Below are positions 1 through 8,903 of a stretch of 59,874 nt of DNA, piece after piece. Every line of letters begins with the position of its first letter. Within the stretch, counting starts at the first letter, position 1. Made by a program: the position numbers and the translations under genes. Source of the stretch: Elusimicrobiota bacterium (GTDB lineage: Bacteria > Elusimicrobiota > Elusimicrobia > Elusimicrobiales > UBA9959); contig JAUSCK010000076.1 of assembly GCA_030651035.1 (NCBI GenBank), forward strand, positions 1 through 59,874, in the 5' to 3' direction. Under the pieces are notes generated by a model that saw only the letters and a list, made by a program, of their open reading frames with translations, had not been told where the DNA came from and searched no databases.

Positions 1-311
1 TCTCCTCCTAACCGCGGATACAAGCCTAAGGTCATTGTATAATTAAAACCCAACCCAAGCAAGTAAAGAAAACACCTGCCCCAAAAACTTCCTCTCAACA
101 ATAAAAAGAACAGAAAAATACGGAAAAGCACACAAAAAGAAGGTAAGAGTCGCTCGTAGAGGTGCTATAGTACTATAATGTAAAGTACAAATAGGATGCA
201 TACAGCAAAACTAGACCATTAAAGTATAAAAAGCACGTAGCGATTTGTCATACTAGGCATTAACGACGAAAGCAGCAGGCAAAAAACCTCGTAGCAGTAC
301 CGGGTGCCATA

Positions 312-1304
312 ATGGGATTAAAAGAGTATCTTAGGTCACAAACTTTAATCAACCGTAAGTTGCGAATACGCTCAGGCAGAATCCTGCACAGGGTGCACGT
401 AGAGCTAACTGGCTCATTACTGCTTATATTAATCGCTATATGGGCAATACATAGCAAAAAAGAGATAAGAGTTCCGAATATTACGGGCAAATCCATGGCA
501 GAAGCCAAACAGATACTTTCCAAAGCCCGTTTAGTTCTGAGAATAGCTGGCTACAAATACGATGAGTCCGTCCACAAAGACATCGTATTATATCAGACTC
601 CCGACGCAGGAATGTCCGTACGTGAAGGCCGGATAGTAAAAGTGCTTTTCAGCAAGGGCTGTGAATTAGTTGCCGCCCCTAATTTAAGCGGACTCCCTTT
701 GCGCTCTGCAAAATTATTACTGAGTAAACATCAACTTTTACTAGGTGAGGTTTCCGAAAGCTATTCATTGAAGGCAACGACAGGAACAATACTTACACAA
801 AACCCCCCCACAGATCAGAGTGTACCCAAAAACACCTTGGTAAAAGTTGCAATTTCTGCCGGTATCCCTCCTCCAGGAATAGTATTAATGCCCGATTTTC
901 GTCAAAAAGAAAAAGACGAGGCTGAGCAGTGGGCGTCCGAGAATAGCGCACAAATTAATATAGCCGAGGATCCCGGTTCCGCTTTGCCAGGTGGAACAAT
1001 AATAGATCAACAACCCGATGCCGACTCTGTTCTCTCGGCAGATTCAGAAATAATAATAACCGTTAGTTCGAACAAATCCGTTTCAGACTATGATAGGGTA
1101 TTTCAGGTGCACCACGAGCTAGCAGAAAGCGGCGCGCCGCAGCATATCCGCATGGAGGTACACGGGCAGCATGGGAGCAGAGAAATCTTTAACGGATTAC
1201 GTAACCCAGGAGCTAAAATAGATGTATCCATCCCATATGCCGGAGAAGCAAAGGTGCTAATATTTGCAAACGGCATCCTTGTAGAGGAACGAGAATTAAA
1301 ATGA
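312..1304 (+). CDS. PASTA domain-containing membrane protein (three PASTA repeats, no kinase domain)
   Basis: Hydrophobic N-terminal stretch (SLLLILIAIWAI), then three PASTA-like starts (VPNITGKSMAEAKQIL, APNLSGLPLRSAKLLL, MPDFRQKEKDEAEQWA), each followed by QxP motifs. Start codon uncertain; no clear SD. Confidence 0.8.
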   Translation: MGLKEYLRSQTLINRKLRIRSGRILHRVHVELTGSLLLILIAIWAIHSKKEIRVPNITGKSMAEAKQILSKARLVLRIAGYKYDESVHKDIVLYQTPDAGMSVREGRIVKVLFSKGCELVAAPNLSGLPLRSAKLLLSKHQLLLGEVSESYSLKATTGTILTQNPPTDQSVPKNTLVKVAISAGIPPPGIVLMPDFRQKEKDEAEQWASENSAQINIAEDPGSALPGGTIIDQQPDADSVLSADSEIIITVSSNKSVSDYDRVFQVHHELAESGAPQHIRMEVHGQHGSREIFNGLRNPGAKIDVSIPYAGEAKVLIFANGILVEERELK

Positions 1305-1526
1305 ACCGTTGTCTGTCTCGATATTACGAGAATATTTTTTTACAAACTCGTACATTTTTATAGAGGTGCTAGTAGTATATACGAGGAATATTTACACTTA
1401 TTTGAAAGGTGGCTCCGCTCAAGAAGCTTTAAATGGTCTTTTGCCCTGTGGTTGGCAAAAATCGCGCCGTTGCATGGCTAAAAACAACCGCGTATACGAA
1501 ACATGGTGAGGCCATATCCCACATCC

Positions 1527-2261
1527 TTATGGTGTATTTTTAATTACACGGAACAGTTCTAGTATTCGTGCGGACAGTTTTTTAGGTAGCTCTATACTAA
1601 TTACGGCGTAAAGGTCGCCACGCCCACCCTCTGGCAGCGGCATGCCTTTTCCTTTAAGGCGAAGCCTCTTCCCTGAGGAGGTCCCGGGCGGAAGCTTAAT
1701 CTTGACCTCACCGTCAGGAAGCGCTGCCGAAATCTTTGTCCCCAGAGCCGCATCCCAGGGCGTTACCGGAACTTTAACATCGATGTCGTCGCCATTTACA
1801 ACCACTCCTTCTTCAGGAGCTATGCGTATTTTAAGAAACAAGTCGCCGGTACTCGCGCCGATAGTTTTACCCTGGCCGCGCAATCGTAGAATTTTGCCGC
1901 CACGGATGTCCTTGGGGAATTTCACGTTTATATTTCTTGTAACCGGTTTGCGTCCGTCACGTGAAGCGAGAGAGATCATTTTGCTGTCACCTTTAATAAT
2001 ATCTTCAAGCGTAAGCTGCAAATCCGCCTCCTGATCAAGATCGGAGCGACTGCTCATTAAGGGCTCCGCCCCATCTTTCTTGCGGCATTCCCCCGCCTCT
2101 TCCCTATCTTTAGATCCGCATTCTGGGCATCTGGTATCGCCGCAACTAAAACAATAACATGTTTTACACTTTCCACATTCATAAACTCTAAACCAAGTAC
2201 CCCCGGCCAGTCCGCCGTCAGGTTTATGCCCGCAATTCGGGCACTTATTAAACTTCGTCAT
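1527..2261 (-). CDS. Zn-finger + DnaJ C-terminal (CbpA-like) domain protein, lacking a J domain
   Basis: N-terminus has four CxxC pairs (CPNC, CGKC, CFSC, CPEC). C-terminal two-thirds match the DnaJ_C pattern (LRLRGQG...GDLFLKI...VPVTPWDAALG...GTSSGKRLRLKGKG...GDLY). No HPD motif. Start moved to ATG 2261 because GGAGG lies at 2270-2266. Confidence 0.75.
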   Translation of the reverse strand: MTKFNKCPNCGHKPDGGLAGGTWFRVYECGKCKTCYCFSCGDTRCPECGSKDREEAGECRKKDGAEPLMSSRSDLDQEADLQLTLEDIIKGDSKMISLASRDGRKPVTRNINVKFPKDIRGGKILRLRGQGKTIGASTGDLFLKIRIAPEEGVVVNGDDIDVKVPVTPWDAALGTKISAALPDGEVKIKLPPGTSSGKRLRLKGKGMPLPEGGRGDLYAVISIELPKKLSARILELFRVIKNTP

Positions 2262-2378
2262 GTAACCTCCTTCAAACAACTTACTGCCTTACCAATGCTG
2301 TCGTTGCCGCTTGAAAAGGACGAGCCTGACGTGAAAAAAGTGACCTGCGGTTTTTCCCTAAAAACTGGCACACTAGAA

Positions 2379-4763
2379 TTATGCCGTCTCCACCCATAGC
2401 AACTCATTGCCCTTTGTAATAATTTGACCTTGCTCTTTCCATTTTAAAATTTGCTCTCTTGCCAGGGGAAGCTTGCTTAAAGCATCTCTTGGAGACAATT
2501 TACACTCCAAAACAAGATAGCCGGAAAACGCCTGTAGAAGATCTGATTCAGGAATTTCCCGTGTGTGGAAGTTATCTGAATCGTTGAATGTCTCCTGCAT
2601 AATTGCGAATGCTTTATCTAAACTTTTACACTCATTAGTATACTCCGGGGTAGATTTTGGCCCAAAAAAGCGATTAATGGCGGCTTTTATCCGCTCACCC
2701 CTGAAAAGCCATTCGTTAGGGCCGTCCACATATGCCATTTTAAGCTCCGCCCCCGGCGGGTATTCTCTGGGCGGCTTGACATTGGTTCCCCGGCAGCGCT
2801 CAAAAACAACTCTGCTGAAAAATAAAGCGTGATCGAAGTTCGCAAAGTCGAAGTCAACTGCAATGAACTTAGCGTTCAGGATAGTTGCATTTTTAAAGGA
2901 AAAATGTGAAAGATCACGTCTTTTACTATCAGCAATTGGGCGAAATTCCATATCCTCGATTCTTTTCCCCTCATAAGCATCTTTTTTAAGATAGTCATGC
3001 AATTGCAAGCCTCGGACAATGTTTTCTGACACAATTCCTAACGGGTTGTTTCCTGCGGCTTCGAGGACATCCTTGCGCTTATCAAGGGACGGTAGCTCTG
3101 TATCTATTAGCAGCGCTAGTTGGTGAAACACCTCTTCCGGGATGTTTTTCCCCCATCCCATGAGAAGTCTTTTTTCACTAGGGAATATTCTATCCCCCGT
3201 AATGTCTCTAAGCAAAAACCTCGCGAAATAGTACGCGGCAAAAACCTCGTGTGGGAACGGAGAATCTACTGTTTGAAATGGTCCGCTCGCGAGCGATTCC
3301 GCAGAATTCGACTCAATTTCGCCTAAATATTCGGTCAGCAACTCTTTATACCATTCCGCTATGGCGCCTACTGATATTCCTTCAAGTATTTTCCTGTAGT
3401 AACCTACGGCAAAAACCTCATAGGCTTTATCAAATTGCGCCCCATCTAGTTCTTTATGCTTAAGGCGCTCCCGGGAAACCATAAGCTTGGCAGCTTCTTT
3501 TATAAATTCGTATTTATTTGTAGGACGCTTGCCATATGTGTACATTCGCCTGAGGGATTCCAGATATACCGGGGTCTGGAATAATTCCTGCAGCTCAGGA
3601 TTGTTTATAAACTCTGCCGCCCACGCAACAAACGTTGCCGAACTTGTTTTCTCGGGGGGGTTTTTTTCGATCCAATTCTCTATGTCATATTTACGGAATT
3701 TCTCTACGCGAAACATGTTGCTTGTCACCTTGGTGCCCTTATTGCGAATATCACCTGCTAATTTCAAATGTCCGGCCGTCTGGCGTATAAAAGTGTCCCG
3801 CCCGGTTAAGATTGTTTTTACTCCGTGGATATGCGTAGCATGCGCGTTCATTAAAATGGCATACGATTTTTTAGCAACCGGGGTCTCCCCGCGCATCATT
3901 TCATCATACCCATCAAATATAAGCACTATTTCCCCGATCCTCCATAACTGCAAAAGAGCATTTTTTGTTATTCGGATCTCATTGCCCGCTGGCTCCTTTT
4001 GCATCAACTCTATATGCCTTCTGATCATTTCCTCCATATCAGCAGGCGAATTTTCCGAAAACTGTATCAAAAGCGGCGCCCTTGCGTTTGGCTCATTTTT
4101 CGTATATGACATATACATGCTATCGCACATGATCATTGCAGAAATTGTTTTACCTATACCTGCGGGACCGATTATTGTGGTTAAATCATTCTGGCCGCTA
4201 CTATAATACTCCGTCAAGTGTTTTGCGTGAAATGCTTTCGCCTGAGCCTCAGGCTTGTCCTCATAATTTTCATTAACTTCTATGAACCGTGGCGTTATTT
4301 GATACAGTTTCGACATTCTTGAATATATCCACCCCTGCTGCGCATAGAGAAAGGGAGAAAGAAACTCATAATACAGTTCATGTGCCGTTCCGTACCTAGG
4401 AGCTAGTTTAAGTATTTTCTCAAACCCTGTCCTGAGCACCTGCTCCGTCTCTCTCCAGTTTCTTTGTTTTGTCCATTCCTTAGCCAAAAGAATCCTTACG
4501 ATGTCTGGCTGGTGCTCAGCAATATTTTCAAAGTAAGCATCGCTCTCGAAAAGATTAGATGCAGTTTCATGCCTGATCACATTGATAATAGGACAGTCCC
4601 CACGCAGATCTTTAATACATAGTGTTTTCTCGTCAAGAACACTATCCCTATAAAAGCTTTCAAATTCTGCTTTATTTTCTCCGAGCGGATCTTTATTAGG
4701 GTGGAGGTACGCAAAGTAAAACTCGGCAATCGGGCGCAAGTATCCGGCAGGTTCATTGGCCAT
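2379..4763 (-). CDS. NACHT/STAND-family NTPase with pentapeptide-like C-terminal region
   Basis: Walker A GPAGIGKT, NACHT-type Walker B LIFDGYDE, sensor ILTGR, later PVYL. C-terminal LSHFSFKNATILNAKFIAVDFDFANFDHALF resembles pentapeptide repeats. Starts 2 nt after the stop of the upstream gene. Confidence 0.75.
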   Translation of the reverse strand: MANEPAGYLRPIAEFYFAYLHPNKDPLGENKAEFESFYRDSVLDEKTLCIKDLRGDCPIINVIRHETASNLFESDAYFENIAEHQPDIVRILLAKEWTKQRNWRETEQVLRTGFEKILKLAPRYGTAHELYYEFLSPFLYAQQGWIYSRMSKLYQITPRFIEVNENYEDKPEAQAKAFHAKHLTEYYSSGQNDLTTIIGPAGIGKTISAMIMCDSMYMSYTKNEPNARAPLLIQFSENSPADMEEMIRRHIELMQKEPAGNEIRITKNALLQLWRIGEIVLIFDGYDEMMRGETPVAKKSYAILMNAHATHIHGVKTILTGRDTFIRQTAGHLKLAGDIRNKGTKVTSNMFRVEKFRKYDIENWIEKNPPEKTSSATFVAWAAEFINNPELQELFQTPVYLESLRRMYTYGKRPTNKYEFIKEAAKLMVSRERLKHKELDGAQFDKAYEVFAVGYYRKILEGISVGAIAEWYKELLTEYLGEIESNSAESLASGPFQTVDSPFPHEVFAAYYFARFLLRDITGDRIFPSEKRLLMGWGKNIPEEVFHQLALLIDTELPSLDKRKDVLEAAGNNPLGIVSENIVRGLQLHDYLKKDAYEGKRIEDMEFRPIADSKRRDLSHFSFKNATILNAKFIAVDFDFANFDHALFFSRVVFERCRGTNVKPPREYPPGAELKMAYVDGPNEWLFRGERIKAAINRFFGPKSTPEYTNECKSLDKAFAIMQETFNDSDNFHTREIPESDLLQAFSGYLVLECKLSPRDALSKLPLAREQILKWKEQGQIITKGNELLWVETA

Positions 4764-4765
4764 CG

Positions 4766-5620
4766 CTATTTCTCCGTACTCTGAGCAGATTTGTTTAGAA
4801 TAACCCGCGCTGACGCATCCATTTCCTCTATTAGCTTAGCCGCCCAAGCGTCATTCCCAGCTCCCCACAAGGCAAGTAACCTAACATTCGGTGGACGGTT
4901 GTGTGTAACCTTTTCTATTTCGGGATGTCCTCCCCATCCCACTTCTACCGCCCATAGATCTTCCCCGTCAGTATTTCTTACTTGAGTGTCTTCCTTCCTG
5001 GCAAGACTAAATGTGAACCCGGGAATTTCCTCGTAAATCTTCTTTTTCACGCTATCAAAATCAACAGCGCGCCCAGCCCTGAATCCCCATATTTTGAAAG
5101 GCTGATTCTTGCGGTATAAATAGAGTTTTTCAATCGGGCGCAACCCGGAAAATGCTTTCAGTTCAGAAAATGTTTTCAAGGTATGCTTGAGGGCACTTCC
5201 GGAGTCGGTAGAATAGGCTTGCCATTTAGGCGTCAATTGTGGAAGCGGCACTGATGCTACCGCCTCAGTGATTAACGGAATCCATTCTTCAGGAAACTTC
5301 TTAGAGTCCAATATGGTTAAGGTAGGGAGAAGGCTGCGCAAATCGCTGTCATGCTTTGCAAGCGTAAAGAGAAATGATCTTAAAACTTGGCCTACGGTAT
5401 GCGCCCCGCTGCATAGTGGTCCCCCTCCGGGCATTCGACTAAACCTCGAAAAGATCTCACCGCTGTAAAAGGCCTTTAAATTTGGACTAATCTTAAGCAA
5501 TGGATTCAGTGCGGCGAGCAGATTTATAAGGTCTCTTTCTTTACTTCGGTTCTCTTTCTCGAAAAAGAATAAGTCGGGATCCAGGCACACGCCGCGAAAC
5601 ATCGGGTTAACAGTAGTCAT
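4766..5620 (-). CDS. Hypothetical protein, 284 aa, in an operon between an ABC-type ATPase and a NACHT NTPase
   Basis: Long ORF with 6-nt and 2-nt gaps to its neighbours on the same strand. No family confidently recognised. Confidence 0.75.
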   Translation of the reverse strand: MTTVNPMFRGVCLDPDLFFFEKENRSKERDLINLLAALNPLLKISPNLKAFYSGEIFSRFSRMPGGGPLCSGAHTVGQVLRSFLFTLAKHDSDLRSLLPTLTILDSKKFPEEWIPLITEAVASVPLPQLTPKWQAYSTDSGSALKHTLKTFSELKAFSGLRPIEKLYLYRKNQPFKIWGFRAGRAVDFDSVKKKIYEEIPGFTFSLARKEDTQVRNTDGEDLWAVEVGWGGHPEIEKVTHNRPPNVRLLALWGAGNDAWAAKLIEEMDASARVILNKSAQSTEK

Positions 5621-5626
5621 CTCGTA

Positions 5627-7318
5627 CTAGCTCCCCATCTTTTTATATCCGGCCTGTAATGCTTTAACAGAGTCTTTCGAGGCTTGGTCAAAAAAGCCAT
5701 CGGGCCATTCTTCTATACGCCCATATTTGTCAATGATGATAGGCTGCATATCCGAGTATTTTCCATTTTTATGAATAAAGTATATCCCGACCTTGTCAGA
5801 TAATTCTGTTCCCGGGGATTGGGCGATATGTATTGCCAAGCGATTAATTATATGCTCGCTATGAGTTTCCAGCAATATTTGTCTCCCCGCCGATATGATG
5901 GAAACAAAGAAATCTGATAGTTTTGACTGCAGCATAGGGTGCAGGTGCAGCTCCGGCTGTTCTATTAAAAGGGTATCCCCGCGTTTTGATAGCAGCCCGC
6001 TAACAAGTATCGGCAACACTTGGCTCGCTCCAACCCCTACCTCATTAAGCGTCCGACTTTTTGTGGAGCCGATAGGAATAATGTTGAAAGTATCGCCACC
6101 TGCCACTGATTCACCTATCTCCAGATATCGCACCCAGGCGTTTACCGCTTCATTTAAGGTTGTTTTAGTATCCCGGCGAAAAACTTGCGATTGGTCAGGA
6201 GGCGCAAAATAGCTGATTATCTGCTCCCCCTGCGCCTCTAAGACTTTGGCGGCAAATTCCCCCTCAACGCCCACGTCATAAGGATTTCGCGCAGATTCAT
6301 AGGCATAAGAGAGGGCAGGTTTTCGCCTAAGCGGGCCCAGATACCGAATCCTGTTATTAACAGTTGAAAGAATAAGAATAGCTACTCCAAGTTCCGCAGA
6401 TAAATCATTAATCGGGATTGCCTCGTACACATATTCTTTAAAATCTGCTGATTTTCTCTGCCTCAAGAAATTAATTAACTTTTCCGCGTTCTCCACAGAA
6501 GATATGTCTCCCATGAATTCTTCCCAAATAGGCTGCATTTCAGGCTTGCATAAGGGGAGCGAGAAGGCTACCCTGAATGCCTGGAATATGGTTTCAAAGT
6601 GGGGGGCCAACCCAATCTGCCCGTACAACTTACGCGTTAAATATTCAACGGCATCAAACCGGGTCACAACATATTCTGGAATAAGGTCTTGTGATGAGAA
6701 CTGAACCCCGGCTATACTGGCACTCGCAAACAATATATCGTCCAAGCCTGTCGGCGAATCACCTTTGAACCGAGACTTTGCAAGCCAACCGGGGGCAAAT
6801 TGAACATTGCGAAACTCGGCAACGTATGGAACACACTTGACCCCGGCGTTGACAATTCCGGGCAGGACAGTCTCTGAATGGGCTGGGTCCCAGGAAAGGC
6901 TTATCCCGGAAATTAAATTGCCGCTGGTATCCTGGCAATCTATGACCATAGACAGGAAATGAGGAACCTTGTCTGGACCATAGGACAATCCAGCGGCATC
7001 GAATTTTATTGTTAATTCAGCACGGGTAGCGGTATGAGTATCAGAATGCGGGAGGTCTACCGTTATTGAAATCTCAGCTGTTTTTTCCTGGGAATCTTCG
7101 TTTATAAGATTTTCTACTTTCCCAAGCTGCACAAACTCGCCATTTAGTATTAGTGGGGCAAAACCTTTTGTCATGCATGACTGTGCAATTACAGCAAGCC
7201 CATGCAGAATGGTGCTTTTACCTCCGCTATTCGTGCCGGTAAAAACGGTAAGATCCTTTAGGTCGAAAGTTTTGTGTTCAAAGGATTTAAACCTACCCAG
7301 AGAAATTTTCCTAAACAT
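5627..7318 (-). CDS. ABC-type (AAA_15/AAA_21-like) ATPase with DUF3696-like C-terminus
   Basis: Walker A FTGTNSGGKST, signature-like VGVGASQ, Walker B LLIEQPELHLHP, H-loop ETHSEH, C-terminal IDKYGRIEEWPDGFFDQ typical of DUF3696 proteins. Start set at ATG 7318 with GGAGG at 7327-7323. Confidence 0.85.
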   Translation of the reverse strand: MFRKISLGRFKSFEHKTFDLKDLTVFTGTNSGGKSTILHGLAVIAQSCMTKGFAPLILNGEFVQLGKVENLINEDSQEKTAEISITVDLPHSDTHTATRAELTIKFDAAGLSYGPDKVPHFLSMVIDCQDTSGNLISGISLSWDPAHSETVLPGIVNAGVKCVPYVAEFRNVQFAPGWLAKSRFKGDSPTGLDDILFASASIAGVQFSSQDLIPEYVVTRFDAVEYLTRKLYGQIGLAPHFETIFQAFRVAFSLPLCKPEMQPIWEEFMGDISSVENAEKLINFLRQRKSADFKEYVYEAIPINDLSAELGVAILILSTVNNRIRYLGPLRRKPALSYAYESARNPYDVGVEGEFAAKVLEAQGEQIISYFAPPDQSQVFRRDTKTTLNEAVNAWVRYLEIGESVAGGDTFNIIPIGSTKSRTLNEVGVGASQVLPILVSGLLSKRGDTLLIEQPELHLHPMLQSKLSDFFVSIISAGRQILLETHSEHIINRLAIHIAQSPGTELSDKVGIYFIHKNGKYSDMQPIIIDKYGRIEEWPDGFFDQASKDSVKALQAGYKKMGS

Positions 7319-7529
7319 TGTTCCTCCTGCATAACACTTTGCCGCAAAACCAGCCAACCTGTAGAAAAAGCGGTCGAATATCAGGGAAGCCCTCTAACCA
7401 TCTATATTACTTTTCCCCTGCTTGGTCAATAGCTATCTAAAAAGGGCTTTATTTCCAGTCTAATGCGTCCAGGCTAGGCGTATTTCTCCAGTCAAAACGT
7501 CTTGCTATTAACAATGACTAGACCACTTA

Positions 7530-8813
7530 TTACCTTTCACTACCCTTTGTGCGCCATATTATATGGCTAGACATTTTTATTACGCTCTTTTTCTTCGCCA
7601 ATGCCGCCTCCGCTGTAGCGCTCATTATGGTTATGCTGCCAAGCGAAAGGTCCCCTTTATGCTCAGAAAGAGCTGCCGCAACTTCGTCTGTAAGCATTAC
7701 CAGACCACAGAGGCTCAAACGCCCCTTGTTTAAAGCCAAAGACTCCGCAGCTTTTTTTGAAAGCGTGGTTAGACTAGGAAGGATTAATTCGCCAGTATGC
7801 TGAGAGAGGGCCGCCGCGGCGTAATCTGTTAGCGTAATAAGACCGCCTAACAGGAGTCCCCCTTGCTTCTTTGCTAAAGCATCAGCCGCCTGGTCTGTAA
7901 GCGTGGTTAAACCGCTGAGAGCGAGGCGACTGTCAAGGTCAAAGAGACTGTCGCTCCCCGTGTGCTTCGCTAACGCCTCTGCTACCTCGCTGTTGAGCGT
8001 GGTCAGACCTTCTAGATGCACCCCGCCCTCACACTTTGCCAGGGTTTTTGCCGCCCCGGAGGAAAGCGCGGTCAGCCCATTAAGGTGGATTTCGCCTCTA
8101 TTTTTCGCCAGCGCTTCCGCCGCGTGGTCGCTTAATGTGGTCAAACCGTTAAGGTAGAGCTCGCCTTCGTGCTTTCCCAGCGCCTCCGCCACTTCGTCCG
8201 TTATCGCAGTTAAGCCGTCCAGTGAGAGCCCGCCGCAGGGGTCTTTGTGTTTAGCCAGCGCCGTTGCAATTTTACCTGAAATTTCTGTCAAGCCATTGAG
8301 GGTGAGCCCGCCTACCCCGCCCTCCTCGCACTCATTCGACGCCAGCGCCTCAGCAGCTTTATCTGTAAGCGTGGTCAGGCCGTCAAGAAAAAGCCCTCCG
8401 ACATTTTTGGCCAGTGACTCTGCGGCTTGGTCAGTCAGCATGAGCAATCCATTAAGCAAGAGCGTTTGTTTGTGCTTGCCCAAAGCTGCCGCTGCTTTGT
8501 CACTCAATGAAGTTAACCCGTTAAGAAAAAGATCGTCATTATTTTTAGCTAATGATTCAATCGCGGTATCTGTAAGCGTTACCAGACCGTCGAGCCTTAG
8601 CCCGCACCCCCTGTGTTTTCCCAGAGCTTTCGCAACTTGATCGGTAAGCGAGCGCAGGCCGTTGAGTTCGAGTATGTTTTGATTCTTCGCAAGCGCCTCT
8701 GCCACTTGTACCGTGATGGCAGTCAAACCGTTTAGAGATAGATCGTCTTGCTCTTCCACCAGCTCCGCCGCTGCCTCTACCGTTATTTTAGTCAAGTCGT
8801 TATGGTCTCTCAT
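7530..8813 (-). CDS. Leucine-rich-repeat-like solenoid protein (16 repeats of about 23 aa)
   Basis: Sixteen tandem units with consensus LxLxGLTxLTDxAAEALAKxxGx counted in the translation, plus a partial N-terminal unit. No signal peptide. Confidence 0.85.
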   Translation of the reverse strand: MRDHNDLTKITVEAAAELVEEQDDLSLNGLTAITVQVAEALAKNQNILELNGLRSLTDQVAKALGKHRGCGLRLDGLVTLTDTAIESLAKNNDDLFLNGLTSLSDKAAAALGKHKQTLLLNGLLMLTDQAAESLAKNVGGLFLDGLTTLTDKAAEALASNECEEGGVGGLTLNGLTEISGKIATALAKHKDPCGGLSLDGLTAITDEVAEALGKHEGELYLNGLTTLSDHAAEALAKNRGEIHLNGLTALSSGAAKTLAKCEGGVHLEGLTTLNSEVAEALAKHTGSDSLFDLDSRLALSGLTTLTDQAADALAKKQGGLLLGGLITLTDYAAAALSQHTGELILPSLTTLSKKAAESLALNKGRLSLCGLVMLTDEVAAALSEHKGDLSLGSITIMSATAEAALAKKKSVIKMSSHIIWRTKGSER

Positions 8814-8903
8814 GCCGCAATCCCCCAGTCCTGTATACCACTCTATTGTACCCTTTTCTTTTATTTTCAGAACGCTAAAGCCTGTGCGTCTTTGCAGGCC
8901 TCC

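Noticed and set aside
260-523. Minus-strand 87-aa ORF, and plus-strand 1309-1509 ORF
   Set aside because: The first overlaps the PASTA gene antisense. The second has no RBS or recognisable features.
7401-7429. Promoter for the ATPase operon (TTGACC-N17-TATAGA)
   Set aside because: The -10 lacks the conserved final T and alternative registers give poor spacing; too weak to call.
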